Shown: positions 8,401 to 16,507, counted from the first letter of the stretch. The stretch: DNA of 22,148 nucleotides from a bacterium (GCA_046758365.1 JBHIAC010000039.1:1-22148); one strand, 5' to 3'. Numbers and translations: made by a program. Notes: generated by a model not told the origin, from the sequence alone.

Positions 8401-10041
8401 ATGAAAATAGCATATATCCATCCAATATTTCCGGACACCTTATGGAGTTTTCGTGGAATTAGACCCATAACGGGAGTCAAAACGGCTTTTGTTCCTTTAG
8501 GGCTCGCTACAGCCGTGGCTTTGACACCAAAGGATTGGGAGATTGAAATTTATGATGAAGAAATAGAGCCCATAAATTATGATACCGATGCCGATTTAAT
8601 CGCTTTGACGGCATTTAATGTCCAGGCCCAAAGAGCCTACAATATTGCTGCTGAATTTAGGAAGCGGGGCAAACCTGTGGCTCTCGGCGGACCATACGCA
8701 TCGCTTTGCCCGGACAATGTCCGGCCTTTTGTGGATACGGTAATTTCAGGAGAAAGCGAATATATCTGGCCAGATTTTTTAAACGATTTCAAAAATGGCC
8801 GCCATAAAGATTTTTATCTGCAGAAAGAAAAGGTAAATATGGCTGACACTCCTGTTCCTGCTTTTGAGTCTTTTGATGCCAAGGCTTATCAAGCATTTTA
8901 TATTCAAACCACTCGAGGCTGTCCTTTTGATTGCGAATTTTGTGATATTATCATTACCGATGGCCGATTGCCGAGAACCAAATCCATCGAACAAGTAATG
9001 ACTGAGGTTAATATACTGCGAAAATTGGGTGTAAAATATGTTACTTTTAGTGATGCCAATTTTATTTCCAATACCAAATTTGCTAAAGAGCTTACTCATG
9101 AATTAATTAATTTCTGCAAAGAATATAATTATCCCATCACATTTTCCTGTGAGACTACTCTAAATCTTGCCAAAAAAAATGAAATGTTGAGCTTAATGCA
9201 AGCAGCCAATTTTGAAACAATTTTTATCGGCATCGAGTCCCCTCGCAAAAGTAGTCTATTAGAAACCAATAAACGCCAAAATACCCATGGCTCTATCGTT
9301 GAGGATGTGCATAAAATTCAATCCTACAACATGGCGGTAATCGCTGGTATGATTGTGGGATTTGATAACGATGATAGGGATATCTTTCAAGAGCAATTTG
9401 ACTTTTTGATGGAGGCGGGTATTCCATTCACAACTTCAGGCATTTTAGTGGCTATTGAAAAAACACCCCTTCATGCTCGTTTAAAAAGAGAAGGGCGTCT
9501 TTTAGAATACAATTATGAAGAACAGAAGGCCCATGGGGCAGCGGATTTGAATTTCATTCCAAAACTTATGACGCGAGAAGAATTGATCAAAGGCTATAAT
9601 TGGCTTATCCGGGCTTTATATTCTTATAAAAATTACTCAAAACGGTTGATAACCGCTATGCAGAATTTCACCCCCGGCCTTACCAAATACTGCCAGAACA
9701 ATCCCTTCATGACCCTTAAAACACCAAAACTTTTGTTCAATATTGCCAAACATTTCTTATTTACAAAAAATAGTAAAAGACGCCGTTTCTTTTTGACTAC
9801 TTTAAGACAAAGCTTGAAGGGCCATTTCTCTATTAGAAAATTTGTTGAAGCTACTTCTTTTATGACTCTACATAAACATTTTCATGAGTATATTACCAAA
9901 ACTCATGGTGATCCCGAAACCGTTGGCTCATATTCGCCATTCTACGATGAATCCAATAACGGCAAAGCTGGACAGTCTGTCGAGACGGTAAAGGTCGAGA
10001 ATTTGCAAAAAGTCGAGAAGGAAAATCTCACCGTAGCTTAA
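8401..10041 (+). CDS. Cobalamin-binding radical SAM enzyme with a DUF4070-like C-terminus
   Basis: PLGLAT and LGGPYAS (B12 domain), TTRGCPFDCEFC, FIGIES, GMIVGFDND and a helical C-terminal extension. Confidence 0.92.
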   Translation: MKIAYIHPIFPDTLWSFRGIRPITGVKTAFVPLGLATAVALTPKDWEIEIYDEEIEPINYDTDADLIALTAFNVQAQRAYNIAAEFRKRGKPVALGGPYASLCPDNVRPFVDTVISGESEYIWPDFLNDFKNGRHKDFYLQKEKVNMADTPVPAFESFDAKAYQAFYIQTTRGCPFDCEFCDIIITDGRLPRTKSIEQVMTEVNILRKLGVKYVTFSDANFISNTKFAKELTHELINFCKEYNYPITFSCETTLNLAKKNEMLSLMQAANFETIFIGIESPRKSSLLETNKRQNTHGSIVEDVHKIQSYNMAVIAGMIVGFDNDDRDIFQEQFDFLMEAGIPFTTSGILVAIEKTPLHARLKREGRLLEYNYEEQKAHGAADLNFIPKLMTREELIKGYNWLIRALYSYKNYSKRLITAMQNFTPGLTKYCQNNPFMTLKTPKLLFNIAKHFLFTKNSKRRRFFLTTLRQSLKGHFSIRKFVEATSFMTLHKHFHEYITKTHGDPETVGSYSPFYDESNNGKAGQSVETVKVENLQKVEKENLTVA

Positions 10042-10150
10042 CGAAGTGCAATTTTGTTTATCCATGGCTTTGTTTTTTGAAATGATTCTAATCCAATTTA
10101 AAATGCATAATATAATGAAACCGTCGAACTGAAACGGAGGGTGTGACTTT

Positions 10151-11617
10151 ATGTGGGAAGCGCTAAAGGAATGGATCCCCATAATTGCAGATGATTATGT
10201 ATGGGGCTGGGGGCCTGAATTCTTAGGTGGTCTCCCGCTAATGGTGATTCTGCTGCTAGGCACAGGCATCATCCTGACGCTGGTAACCGGACTCATTCAA
10301 GTGAGAAGATTCAAGGCAGCAAGCTCAATGGTTCTTCACGGAGCCTTTAAGAAGGATGAAACGGAAAAGGCCGAGGGTGACATAACGCCATTTCAAGCGC
10401 TGATGACAGCATTGTCGGCAACTGTAGGAAACGGCAATATAGCCGGTGTTGCAAGTGCGATTGCGCTTGGGGGTCCGGGCGCTGCCTTCTGGATGTGGAT
10501 CACCGCCGTTTTCGGCATGGCGACAAAATATGCCGAGGCCGTTCTGGGTGTTAAGTACCGCAAAGTTGCTGAAGATGGTTCCATGTCCGGTGGACCCATG
10601 TATTACTGCGAGTACGGCATTGGTGGCAAGCTCGGACGCAGTCTGGGTATTTTCTTCGCAATCTGTGGTACAATCGCCTGTCTGATTGGCACCGGTAATA
10701 TGTTCCAAACCAATTCCATGGCCGTCTCGGTGTCCAAACAACTTACTGACGTCGGCATTATCAGTGGAGCTGCGCAAACCACGTTTATACAAGGTGTTGT
10801 TGGTGCCATTATAGCCATATTGGTTGGTATGGTCATCATTGGTGGCGTTAAGCGAATTGCCCAGGTTGCTGAAAGACTTGTGCCAACCATGATCGTACTT
10901 TATTTCATCAGCGCAATCATTATTATTCTTTGGAATATAACAGCCGTTCCTTCAGCTATTGTGCTTATTTTCCAATCTGCGTTCACGCCAACGGCTGCGC
11001 TTGGCGGGGCCGTTGGCATTGGGATTCAACAAGCCATACGATATGGCGTTGCGCGCGGGATTTTAAGTAACGAATCAGGTCTGGGTAGTGCGCCGATTGC
11101 GCATGGTGCAGCCAGAACCAAAAGCCCGATCCGTCAAGGCCAAATCGCAATGATGGGAACCTTTATTGATACTATTATTGTTTGCTCGCTGACGGCTATC
11201 ATGATTACAGTAACCGGCGCTTATCTGGAGGGACCTCTATACAAAGCTGAAGGTGCTCTGGAAAGTATTGATATGACCATGTTCGCTTTTAACTCGGTTC
11301 TCCCAGCAGGTGGCACCGTTGTTATCGGGGCATCGCTTCTCTTTGGCATTTCGACGCTGCTTGGTTGGTGTTATTACGGAGAAAAATGTCTCGAGTATCT
11401 GGTAGGGATTAAAATCAAAACTGTGTTTCGCATCACCTTTATCGCACTCATGTTTCTCGGCTCTCTGCCATCACAAGAAGGAATTCGGGTAGTGGTAAAA
11501 ATCGGGGACATTGGGAATGCATTGATGGCCTTCCCTAACCTGCTAGCATTGCTCTTACTTGCGAAAGAAGTGGGTAGGATTACAAAGGAATACTTGAGCA
11601 AGGTAATAGTAAATTAA
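10151..11617 (+). CDS. Sodium:alanine/glycine symporter (AGCS family)
   Basis: ATVGNGNIAGVA, GGPGAAFWMW, GGPMYY, RGILSNESGLGSA and FIDTIIVC, plus many transmembrane segments. GGAGG RBS. Confidence 0.95.
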   Translation: MWEALKEWIPIIADDYVWGWGPEFLGGLPLMVILLLGTGIILTLVTGLIQVRRFKAASSMVLHGAFKKDETEKAEGDITPFQALMTALSATVGNGNIAGVASAIALGGPGAAFWMWITAVFGMATKYAEAVLGVKYRKVAEDGSMSGGPMYYCEYGIGGKLGRSLGIFFAICGTIACLIGTGNMFQTNSMAVSVSKQLTDVGIISGAAQTTFIQGVVGAIIAILVGMVIIGGVKRIAQVAERLVPTMIVLYFISAIIIILWNITAVPSAIVLIFQSAFTPTAALGGAVGIGIQQAIRYGVARGILSNESGLGSAPIAHGAARTKSPIRQGQIAMMGTFIDTIIVCSLTAIMITVTGAYLEGPLYKAEGALESIDMTMFAFNSVLPAGGTVVIGASLLFGISTLLGWCYYGEKCLEYLVGIKIKTVFRITFIALMFLGSLPSQEGIRVVVKIGDIGNALMAFPNLLALLLLAKEVGRITKEYLSKVIVN

Positions 11618-11718
11618 CGATCAGTTAATAAGTTTTTTAACTTCCTCAAGTTTTTTTAATTTTTCTTAGCTAAAATCGTGGCTTCTACTACAAAGAAATA
11701 TTATCACACCGGGCAGTT

Positions 11719-11779
11719 TGAGGAATTGGTGTAGGAGAGATAGGGAATAAGGTATAGGGTATAAGGTGAGGAATTGGTG
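11719..11779 (+). repeat. Heptamer tandem tract flanked by 13-bp direct repeats
   Basis: tgaggaattggtg at 11719-11731 and 11767-11779. Between them lie ataggga-ataaggt-atagggt-ataaggt (11740-11767). Confidence 0.8.
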
Positions 11780-11823
11780 ACAGGTTGTAGGCATAAAATC
11801 AATGTGGTATGAACAACAATTTG

Positions 11824-11852
11824 TTGTCTTTTTTAGATTATTTTTATATTTT
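11824..11852 (+). promoter_or_regulatory. Putative promoter of the MNT-HEPN pair (part of an imperfect direct repeat)
   Basis: TTGTCT-N17-TATTTT. A near copy lies at 15725-15753. Confidence 0.45.
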
Positions 11853-11904
11853 TATGGGTACATTGCAAAACGCGGAATAAATAGAAGTTAACCTTTTAGT
11901 AAAA

Positions 11905-12378
11905 ATGGAAAAAAAGTTAAAACAAAAGCTGATTAATTATTTTAAGAACTACTTTGGAGATAATTTAATTTCCATTGTATTTTTTGGATCCCGGGTTCGT
12001 GCGGAGGCTCGACTTACCAGCGATTATGACATTTTTTTATTTACGAAGGAACTACCCAAGCGTCCTTTAGAGCGGCAAAAGTTTGTAAGAAAGGCCATTT
12101 CGTTAAAATTTGACCAAAGAATTTCTATTCACGCCAAAACAAAAAAAGAGTTCGAAAGTGGATTTCCACCGCTTTATCTCGATTTGGGAGTGGATGGGCA
12201 AATTTTATACGACAGCGATAATTACATACAGAAAAAACTACTTAGAATTCAAGAAATAATAAAGGAGGCGGGACTTTACCGAGTGAAAAGAAATGGCTAC
12301 CATGCTTGGGAATGGAAAAATCAGCCGGGACCATACTGGTCAATAACTTGGGATGGCTTTTATGACCGCACAGGATGA
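11905..12378 (+). CDS. Minimal nucleotidyltransferase (MNT) domain protein, putative antitoxin
   Basis: FFGSRVRAEARLTSDYDIF matches the pol-beta superfamily GS...DxD motif. The gene overlaps the downstream HEPN gene. Confidence 0.9.
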   Translation: MEKKLKQKLINYFKNYFGDNLISIVFFGSRVRAEARLTSDYDIFLFTKELPKRPLERQKFVRKAISLKFDQRISIHAKTKKEFESGFPPLYLDLGVDGQILYDSDNYIQKKLLRIQEIIKEAGLYRVKRNGYHAWEWKNQPGPYWSITWDGFYDRTG

Positions 12379-12652
12379 TGCACTTTATCGATTGCGGCTT
12401 GCGAGAGGATTTCTAGAAGAAGCCCTGCAAGATTTTGAATCGGAACGTTGGCGGTCCTGTGTTGATAATGCTCAATTAGCAGTAGAAAATTCAGGAAAAG
12501 TTATTCTTGCAATTTTTGGTCCGACTCCACGGACTCATGAACCAACTAAAGACATTCAAAAACTAATAGATGAAAATAAAATTGACGAAAGTTTGCTAGA
12601 TGATTTAAATGCCGTTTTACGATTATTTTTGCCAAATTTTAAAATTACTTGA
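12362..12652 (+). pseudogene. HEPN domain protein, C-terminally truncated
   Basis: ARGFLEEA...CVDNAQLAVENSGK...PRTHEP is the HEPN N-terminal pattern. The likely start is ATG 12362. The protein ends after only 96 aa in an AT-rich tail (LFLPNFKIT) and lacks the final helices. Confidence 0.75.
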
Positions 12653-12677
12653 CTTTTTGGAAAAAGCTGTGTATTTT
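12649..12677 (+). promoter_or_regulatory. Putative promoter of the downstream two-gene cassette
   Basis: TTGACT-N17-TATTTT. The -35 box overlaps the HEPN stop codon, and the boxes are identical to those at 4607-4635. Confidence 0.5.
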
Positions 12678-12705
12678 TTATTGTAATTACTAATGTTAAG
12701 TAGTA

Positions 12706-12724
12706 TTGACATCGTGACGATATC
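12706..12724. promoter_or_regulatory. Operator-like palindrome overlapping a TTGACA box
   Basis: GACATCGT-G-ACGATATC (12708-12724, 7/8 symmetric), with TTGACA at 12706-12711. Confidence 0.4.
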
Positions 12725-12831
12725 TGAAAATATGTTCCAGAATTTATTTATTATGCTTTGTCGGATGGAGATTATAAAATTCAATTTATAATCAATTATT
12801 TATTTTATCTTAACCAATAGAGGAGGTTAAA

Positions 12832-13308
12832 ATGTCCAGTTTGGATACAGATTTCCCATCTGACGTATTATTTTGGGGATATGTTGCTGGTGGTGTAGAG
12901 GCAATTTTAGAACCATTTAGCAAAGGCAAAAAAGTCCACTTGTCCCAAAGGGATGTAGCGTTTCTGGAAAAAGCTAAGACTTTCGTCGACCTTTCATTAA
13001 CTGGTTGTCAATTAATGGGAGCGCCAAGTCAACTTTTTGCAAGAGAAATGGAATCGCATCAGGCTCCGATGCTTCTTGACGTTGCCCTAAAAGTTATTTT
13101 TTCCTCAGCAGGTAAGATTCCAGAAAGTAAATCGGAGATAGAAAGCCAACTTGGCGACTTTAGTCAAGTTTTAGAAGAAATCAAAGAGGGTCGAGATAAC
13201 CAATTAAGTGAAGATAAGATTCGTAATACATATCGCTTTTTTACCAAACTCGCGGAGCGTGCAGATTCAGAGAGCTTCAATCACTCTCTTTCAGATGTTG
13301 AGTTGTAG
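12832..13308 (+). CDS. Hypothetical mostly helical protein (158 aa), partner of the peptidase-Dcd fusion
   Basis: Strong GAGGAGGT RBS, amphipathic helical pattern and no recognisable motif. It ends 25 bp before the next gene. Confidence 0.8.
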   Translation: MSSLDTDFPSDVLFWGYVAGGVEAILEPFSKGKKVHLSQRDVAFLEKAKTFVDLSLTGCQLMGAPSQLFAREMESHQAPMLLDVALKVIFSSAGKIPESKSEIESQLGDFSQVLEEIKEGRDNQLSEDKIRNTYRFFTKLAERADSESFNHSLSDVEL

Positions 13309-13333
13309 AATAGGAGTGTAATTAAATTTAACA

Positions 13334-15499
13334 ATGTCAGTAGAGTTTGTTCGTCAGTTTTTATCCATTCAATATAAAGCATCTCAACTCAAAGCTAGGA
13401 TTGAGTCTCTACATGGACAAGAATATGCCTCAGTTAAGCCCCAGAAACTCTGTGAACTGTTGCTCGATATTGTTCATATTCTTGTTGAAGAGCTAGACTA
13501 TCTACATCAACAATGGTTGATTGGAGAAAAAGGTAAATCTGGTATCGAGCGTCAAGTTCGCAGAATTGCCGATTCTATTGCTGTACTTCATTCTTTCTTG
13601 CGATTTATAGAAGCAGCGAGACCTGAAAAAACATTATATCAGATGGTTATTCCTTTAGAATTGCTTGTGGCCGACATAGCACCGCATTCAAAAGATGATT
13701 TGATGTTGATCCGTCCACAGTGGAAATACAATTTCAAATATTTGGACTTAGCCGTAGAACTAAGAAAGCTTCCAATATTAAACCCTGAGGCTTACAAAAG
13801 ACTTGAAAAGTCTTTTATACCAATTATTTCGTTTCCTGGGTTAGAAAAGGAAAATATTTTTGCGCTCACAATTCTCGCACATGAAATTGGACACTATCTT
13901 GACCTATCCAGAGGAACGGATTCATCAATTTCGCTTTCGAAAGCAACCCTAAGTGCCATTACAATTCCTGAGGCTAAAGTTAAAGAGTGGATTGAAAGCG
14001 CTGAGAAGGCCAGATATTTACCTGAGTCTATTCCACCAATCCTACGTAAAGATATTCTTGGAAACGAAATCAATTCTAGGTTGATAAAAAAGATTCCTAT
14101 ATGGCTGCGTGAATTAACAGCTGATATTATTGGAGTTCGATTACTTGGTCCCGCCTATTTCTTCGCTGTATCTGAATTGTTCGGATGTTTTGAGCCGTCT
14201 TCTGAATCTGCTTACCCTTCGAATGCAAGAAGACTAAAAGAAATAAATCAAGAGCTTCAAGATAATCAAGCAGGTTTAAAATACCAAGATTTTTTTGAAA
14301 AATATAAAACTAAATTTCCCGAACTTTGCAAGGTTGCTCTAAAGGAATTATCGTTGTTAAACAGCTTAGATCAGTCTGAAAAAACCGAAGATATCGATTC
14401 TCTAAGACGGTTGGAAGATGATATAGTCGAACAGGCAATCAAGAAAGCCCTTGACTTGATCCATATTGAAATCAGGAAGCGGGTACCTAAGGAACGATGC
14501 TTCCAAACGTCGGAACAACTTTTTGAACTAGCATTGCAACTTGAAAATCGGATTCCTCAAAATGAGATTGGATGCTTAGAAAATGCAAAAAAGGCGAATA
14601 TTGATACAATTCTAAACGCTGGCTGGCTTATGTGGCTTAAAACATGTCGAAATATTTTGAATTCTACTAGTAAAATTAATGAACAACCAAATTCAAAAGA
14701 GTCTCAAGACCAATTTGAAACATACGAGCGTGAGCATTCTCTAAACTCAAGACTTATTGTAAGAGCTATAGAGCTTTCTCATCTTCAAACTCAATTTGGA
14801 CAAGACATATCGGTAAATATTAAAGAAGCTGAACAAAATATAAAAAAATCGGATGATAATAATGGTACAGGATCCTCACAACAATCTAGAAAAGATGGAG
14901 GAGTTCTCACCAAAGAAGAAATCATCAGACGTATGGAAGATTTCGAAGATCCATCAAAACAATTAATCATTACTCCATTATTGCTCAAAGACCAAATTGG
15001 TCAAGCGTCTATTGATGTACGACTCGGAAACGTGTTCATTGTTATGAAACGAACAAAGTTTCATGTTCTTGACCCAGCCGAATTAAATCAAAGTAATCTT
15101 AACGAATATCAAGAAGAGATTTATTTGCGCTATGGTAAACCATTTGTTTTGCATCCAGGTGAATTCGTTTTGGGAAGTACTCTTGAATATATTGTTCTTC
15201 CATTTGATGTTACAGCTTATGTTATCGGCCTTTCATCTTGGGGCAGACTAGGCTTAGTTATTGCAACAGCAACACATGTTGCTCCAGGTTTTAAAGGAAC
15301 AATCACACTTGAATTGGCAAATCTTGGAACTGTCCCAGTCATCTTGCGTCCCTGTAATCTAATCGCGCAACTCGTACTTCACCTAACGGAAACGCCAGTT
15401 AAACAGCATTATTCGGGAATGTATCCATTTTCTACTGGACCAGAACCGAGCAAAATTTTTCGGAAAAAAGAGTTTAAATTGATTGCTCATGATGAGTAA
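13334..15499 (+). CDS. Fusion protein: HExxH gluzincin-like metallopeptidase domain plus C-terminal dCTP deaminase (dUTPase-fold Dcd) domain
   Basis: HEIGH (aa 183-187) and ELTAD (aa 260-264), then a polar linker SDDNNGTGSSQQSRKDGG. Residues ~524-721 carry Dcd motifs ASIDVRLG, LHPGEFVLGSTLE, SSWGRLGL, PGFKGTITLELAN and IAQL. Confidence 0.88.
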   Translation: MSVEFVRQFLSIQYKASQLKARIESLHGQEYASVKPQKLCELLLDIVHILVEELDYLHQQWLIGEKGKSGIERQVRRIADSIAVLHSFLRFIEAARPEKTLYQMVIPLELLVADIAPHSKDDLMLIRPQWKYNFKYLDLAVELRKLPILNPEAYKRLEKSFIPIISFPGLEKENIFALTILAHEIGHYLDLSRGTDSSISLSKATLSAITIPEAKVKEWIESAEKARYLPESIPPILRKDILGNEINSRLIKKIPIWLRELTADIIGVRLLGPAYFFAVSELFGCFEPSSESAYPSNARRLKEINQELQDNQAGLKYQDFFEKYKTKFPELCKVALKELSLLNSLDQSEKTEDIDSLRRLEDDIVEQAIKKALDLIHIEIRKRVPKERCFQTSEQLFELALQLENRIPQNEIGCLENAKKANIDTILNAGWLMWLKTCRNILNSTSKINEQPNSKESQDQFETYEREHSLNSRLIVRAIELSHLQTQFGQDISVNIKEAEQNIKKSDDNNGTGSSQQSRKDGGVLTKEEIIRRMEDFEDPSKQLIITPLLLKDQIGQASIDVRLGNVFIVMKRTKFHVLDPAELNQSNLNEYQEEIYLRYGKPFVLHPGEFVLGSTLEYIVLPFDVTAYVIGLSSWGRLGLVIATATHVAPGFKGTITLELANLGTVPVILRPCNLIAQLVLHLTETPVKQHYSGMYPFSTGPEPSKIFRKKEFKLIAHDE

Positions 15500-15687
15500 A
15501 TTAACTATAGCTTTTCGATTCATTTCATAGAACGGATACAAATCAGATTACGAAGACATTATTTTGATAAAATGAATTAATGTTAATTGCTATCGTAACT
15601 TTGCAATTGAAGTTACAATTGTAATAATTTGATTCAGACACTCTACTCTTCAAATAACCCCATTTTGGCCAACTATCTAAAATACAA

Positions 15688-15719
15688 CATCTTCCCACTG
15701 TTCCATTTTTCCATTACTT
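15688..15719 (+). repeat. Degenerate octamer tandem tract
   Basis: catcttcc-cactgttc-catttttc-cattactt. Confidence 0.5.
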
Positions 15720-15724
15720 TTTTG

Positions 15725-15753
15725 TTGTCTTTAACCTATTATTATTATATTTT
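15725..15753 (+). promoter_or_regulatory. Putative promoter for the FMN reductase-phosphatase genes (second copy of the imperfect direct repeat)
   Basis: TTGTCT-N17-TATTTT. Confidence 0.45.
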
Positions 15754-15872
15754 ATATGGAACCACTATTAATACAAAATCATTAGAAAAGCTACATTAAC
15801 CAGTATGTTCAGCTTAATGAAACTTTATTTTAGCTTCAATCGTTGGAACATTCTTAACATAGGAGTAAGTGT

Positions 15873-16463
15873 ATGAATCAAGGCATTCACATAGTAGCAA
15901 TATTAGGCAGTGTAAGGCCAGAAAATTTCACCTCAAAAGCTCTGGCTTTGGTTATCGATGAGTTCAAAATTTACAAAGACATCACCCTGGAAGTGATTGA
16001 TCCAAGTACGATGAATCTACCAATCCCTGGAAGGGATGGAAATTCTGCGGATATGAATAAACTTAAGAAAGCTGTGTCCAAGGCAACCGGTGTGGTACTT
16101 TCTACACCTGAATATCACGGTAGTTTCAGCAGTGTAATCAAGCTTGTCATTGAAAACCTAGGATTTCCCTCTGTACTTTCAGGCAAGCCGGTAACGCTAC
16201 TTGGAGTAGCTGCCGGGCAGATTGGTGCCATTAAAGCACTTGAACACCTGCGCAGCGTTTGCAGCCATATCGGTGCCATTGTGCTACCAGGTCCGGTCTC
16301 CGTAGCCGAGGTTCAAAAGCTTTTCGACGAACAAGGCCGATGTGTTGACGAAGCGACCGAGAAGAGAATCAGAGGTGTTGCTACGAATCTGATCAAATAC
16401 ATCCAAGCAAATATCTGTCCAAGGATTGCGCTTGAGCAAATGGTACGAAGCGGGTCATGTTGA
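15873..16463 (+). CDS. NADPH-dependent FMN reductase (flavodoxin-like, SsuE/ChrR family)
   Basis: ILGSVRPENFT, STPEYHGSFSSVIK and LSGKPV. AGGAG RBS. Confidence 0.92.
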   Translation: MNQGIHIVAILGSVRPENFTSKALALVIDEFKIYKDITLEVIDPSTMNLPIPGRDGNSADMNKLKKAVSKATGVVLSTPEYHGSFSSVIKLVIENLGFPSVLSGKPVTLLGVAAGQIGAIKALEHLRSVCSHIGAIVLPGPVSVAEVQKLFDEQGRCVDEATEKRIRGVATNLIKYIQANICPRIALEQMVRSGSC

Positions 16464-16507
16464 AATTCACCAAGAATTTCATTCGTAAGATAATATAAAG
16501 GAATTAT

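Noticed and set aside
10042..10150. Glycine riboswitch upstream of the AGCS symporter
   Set aside because: The interval is only 109 bp, AT-rich, and lacks the GGAGA...CCGAAG...CTCTCAGG core.
13334..15499. Ordinary housekeeping dcd, or two genes fused by a sequencing error
   Set aside because: It is one continuous frame with a natural-looking linker. The GGAGGA at about 14897 has no suitably spaced start codon, and the context is accessory. The gene symbol was withheld.
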